This document shows, in pieces, positions 63,338-63,998 of a stretch of DNA of 63,998 bases (position 1 is the stretch's first letter; the number at the start of each line of letters is the position of its first letter). The notes under the pieces were generated by a model. That model did no database searches. It saw only the letters and a program-made list of their open reading frames with translations, and was not told the DNA's origin. The position numbers and the translations under genes are program-made. The DNA is from Chara braunii (Eukaryota; Plantae; Charophyceae): assembly GCA_003427395.1 (NCBI GenBank), contig BFEA01000005.1, forward strand, positions 726,334-790,331, given 5' to 3'.

Positions 63338-63576
63338 GTGAACCGACAGTCTGGAGAGTTTTCCATCTGGTGTGGGTGAGTGATAGTCTAATTTGATTTT
63401 GGTTAAGGTAGATTATCATTTACAGTGTAATCAGTGAGGGGATTCTGCAGACTGTTGCGGGTTCAGCCTCCTGATGAGTCGGTGAAACTCCGACGAAACA
63501 GTTTGTCACAGCCCCTCGTTTGTTGTCCTCTTCTCTCTCTCTGCCCACGGTTTACCGGGCAGTTCTGTTTATGACG
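63338..63576 (+). mobile_element. ~240-bp ribozyme-bearing element embedded in (TA)n (Penelope-like 3' remnant or retrozyme-like)
   Basis: Bounded on both sides by TA runs (63322-63337 and 63577-63645). Contains the hammerhead and a further hairpin CTGCCC/GGGCAG. Confidence 0.55.
63447..63506 (+). ncRNA. Hammerhead ribozyme, type III topology (slightly degenerate)
   Basis: Core CTGATGA (63471-77) and GAAA (63495-98). Stem II GTCGG/CCGAC. Stem III GCAGACTGT/ACAGTTTGT. Cleavage triplet GUU (63454-56). Stem I GCGG/CCTC with one mismatch. Confidence 0.85.
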
Positions 63577-63901
63577 ATATATATATAAATATATTTATAT
63601 ATATATATCTATATATCTATATATATATATATAGATATATATATATGATGCACACATGCGGCCCCTTCCTTCGAAGACCATTTTAAAGATAAACCTTTAA
63701 ATGTTGGTCCAATTCCGAGTTATCCTCAAATATTAAAAAAATAGTAAAAAAAAAAAACTTAAAAAAAAAAAAAAAAAGATTTGTAGTCATATTTTTCACT
63801 ACAATTTTTTTTTTTTTCCTTCCTCCCCCTTTTTCCTATCTTTCACTGCTTTTTTTTTTTTGGTTTCAGTATTAGTAGTTAAATAGTCGAATGCACTCGT
63901 G

Positions 63902-63998
<97 letters not shown>

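Noticed and set aside
63460-63520. Type I hammerhead fold using the GUC at 63505-63507
   Set aside because: The sequence after that GUC (ACAGCCCC) cannot pair with the strand before CUGAUGA (CAGCCUC). The type III fold gives a 9-bp stem III.

Overview
Eukaryotic nuclear DNA made almost entirely of nested transposable elements, microsatellites, satellites and assembly gaps. The element types resemble a charophyte or plant genome such as Chara; that is inference, not proof. Main contents: (1) a ~10.1-kb L1/Tx1-type LINE on the minus strand with a perfect 14-bp target-site duplication (TSD), two A-rich tails and a Nextera adapter artefact inside ORF1; (2) two further LINE fragments; (3) a decayed chromodomain-bearing Ty3/Gypsy element interrupted by two hAT-type non-autonomous transposons; (4) other LTR pieces and a second Gypsy pol remnant; (5) a U6 snRNA retrocopy with TSD plus an older U6 relic; (6) an organelle-type tRNA-Ile/tRNA-Gly fragment (probable NUMT); (7) several tandem arrays; (8) a probable terminal exon of a host gene. 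The two most interesting signals are a type III hammerhead ribozyme in a ~240-bp element embedded in (TA)n at 63.3-63.6 kb, and a covarying stem-loop motif found three times in the 3' UTRs of two divergent LINEs. No CRISPR array and no intact autonomous element were found.
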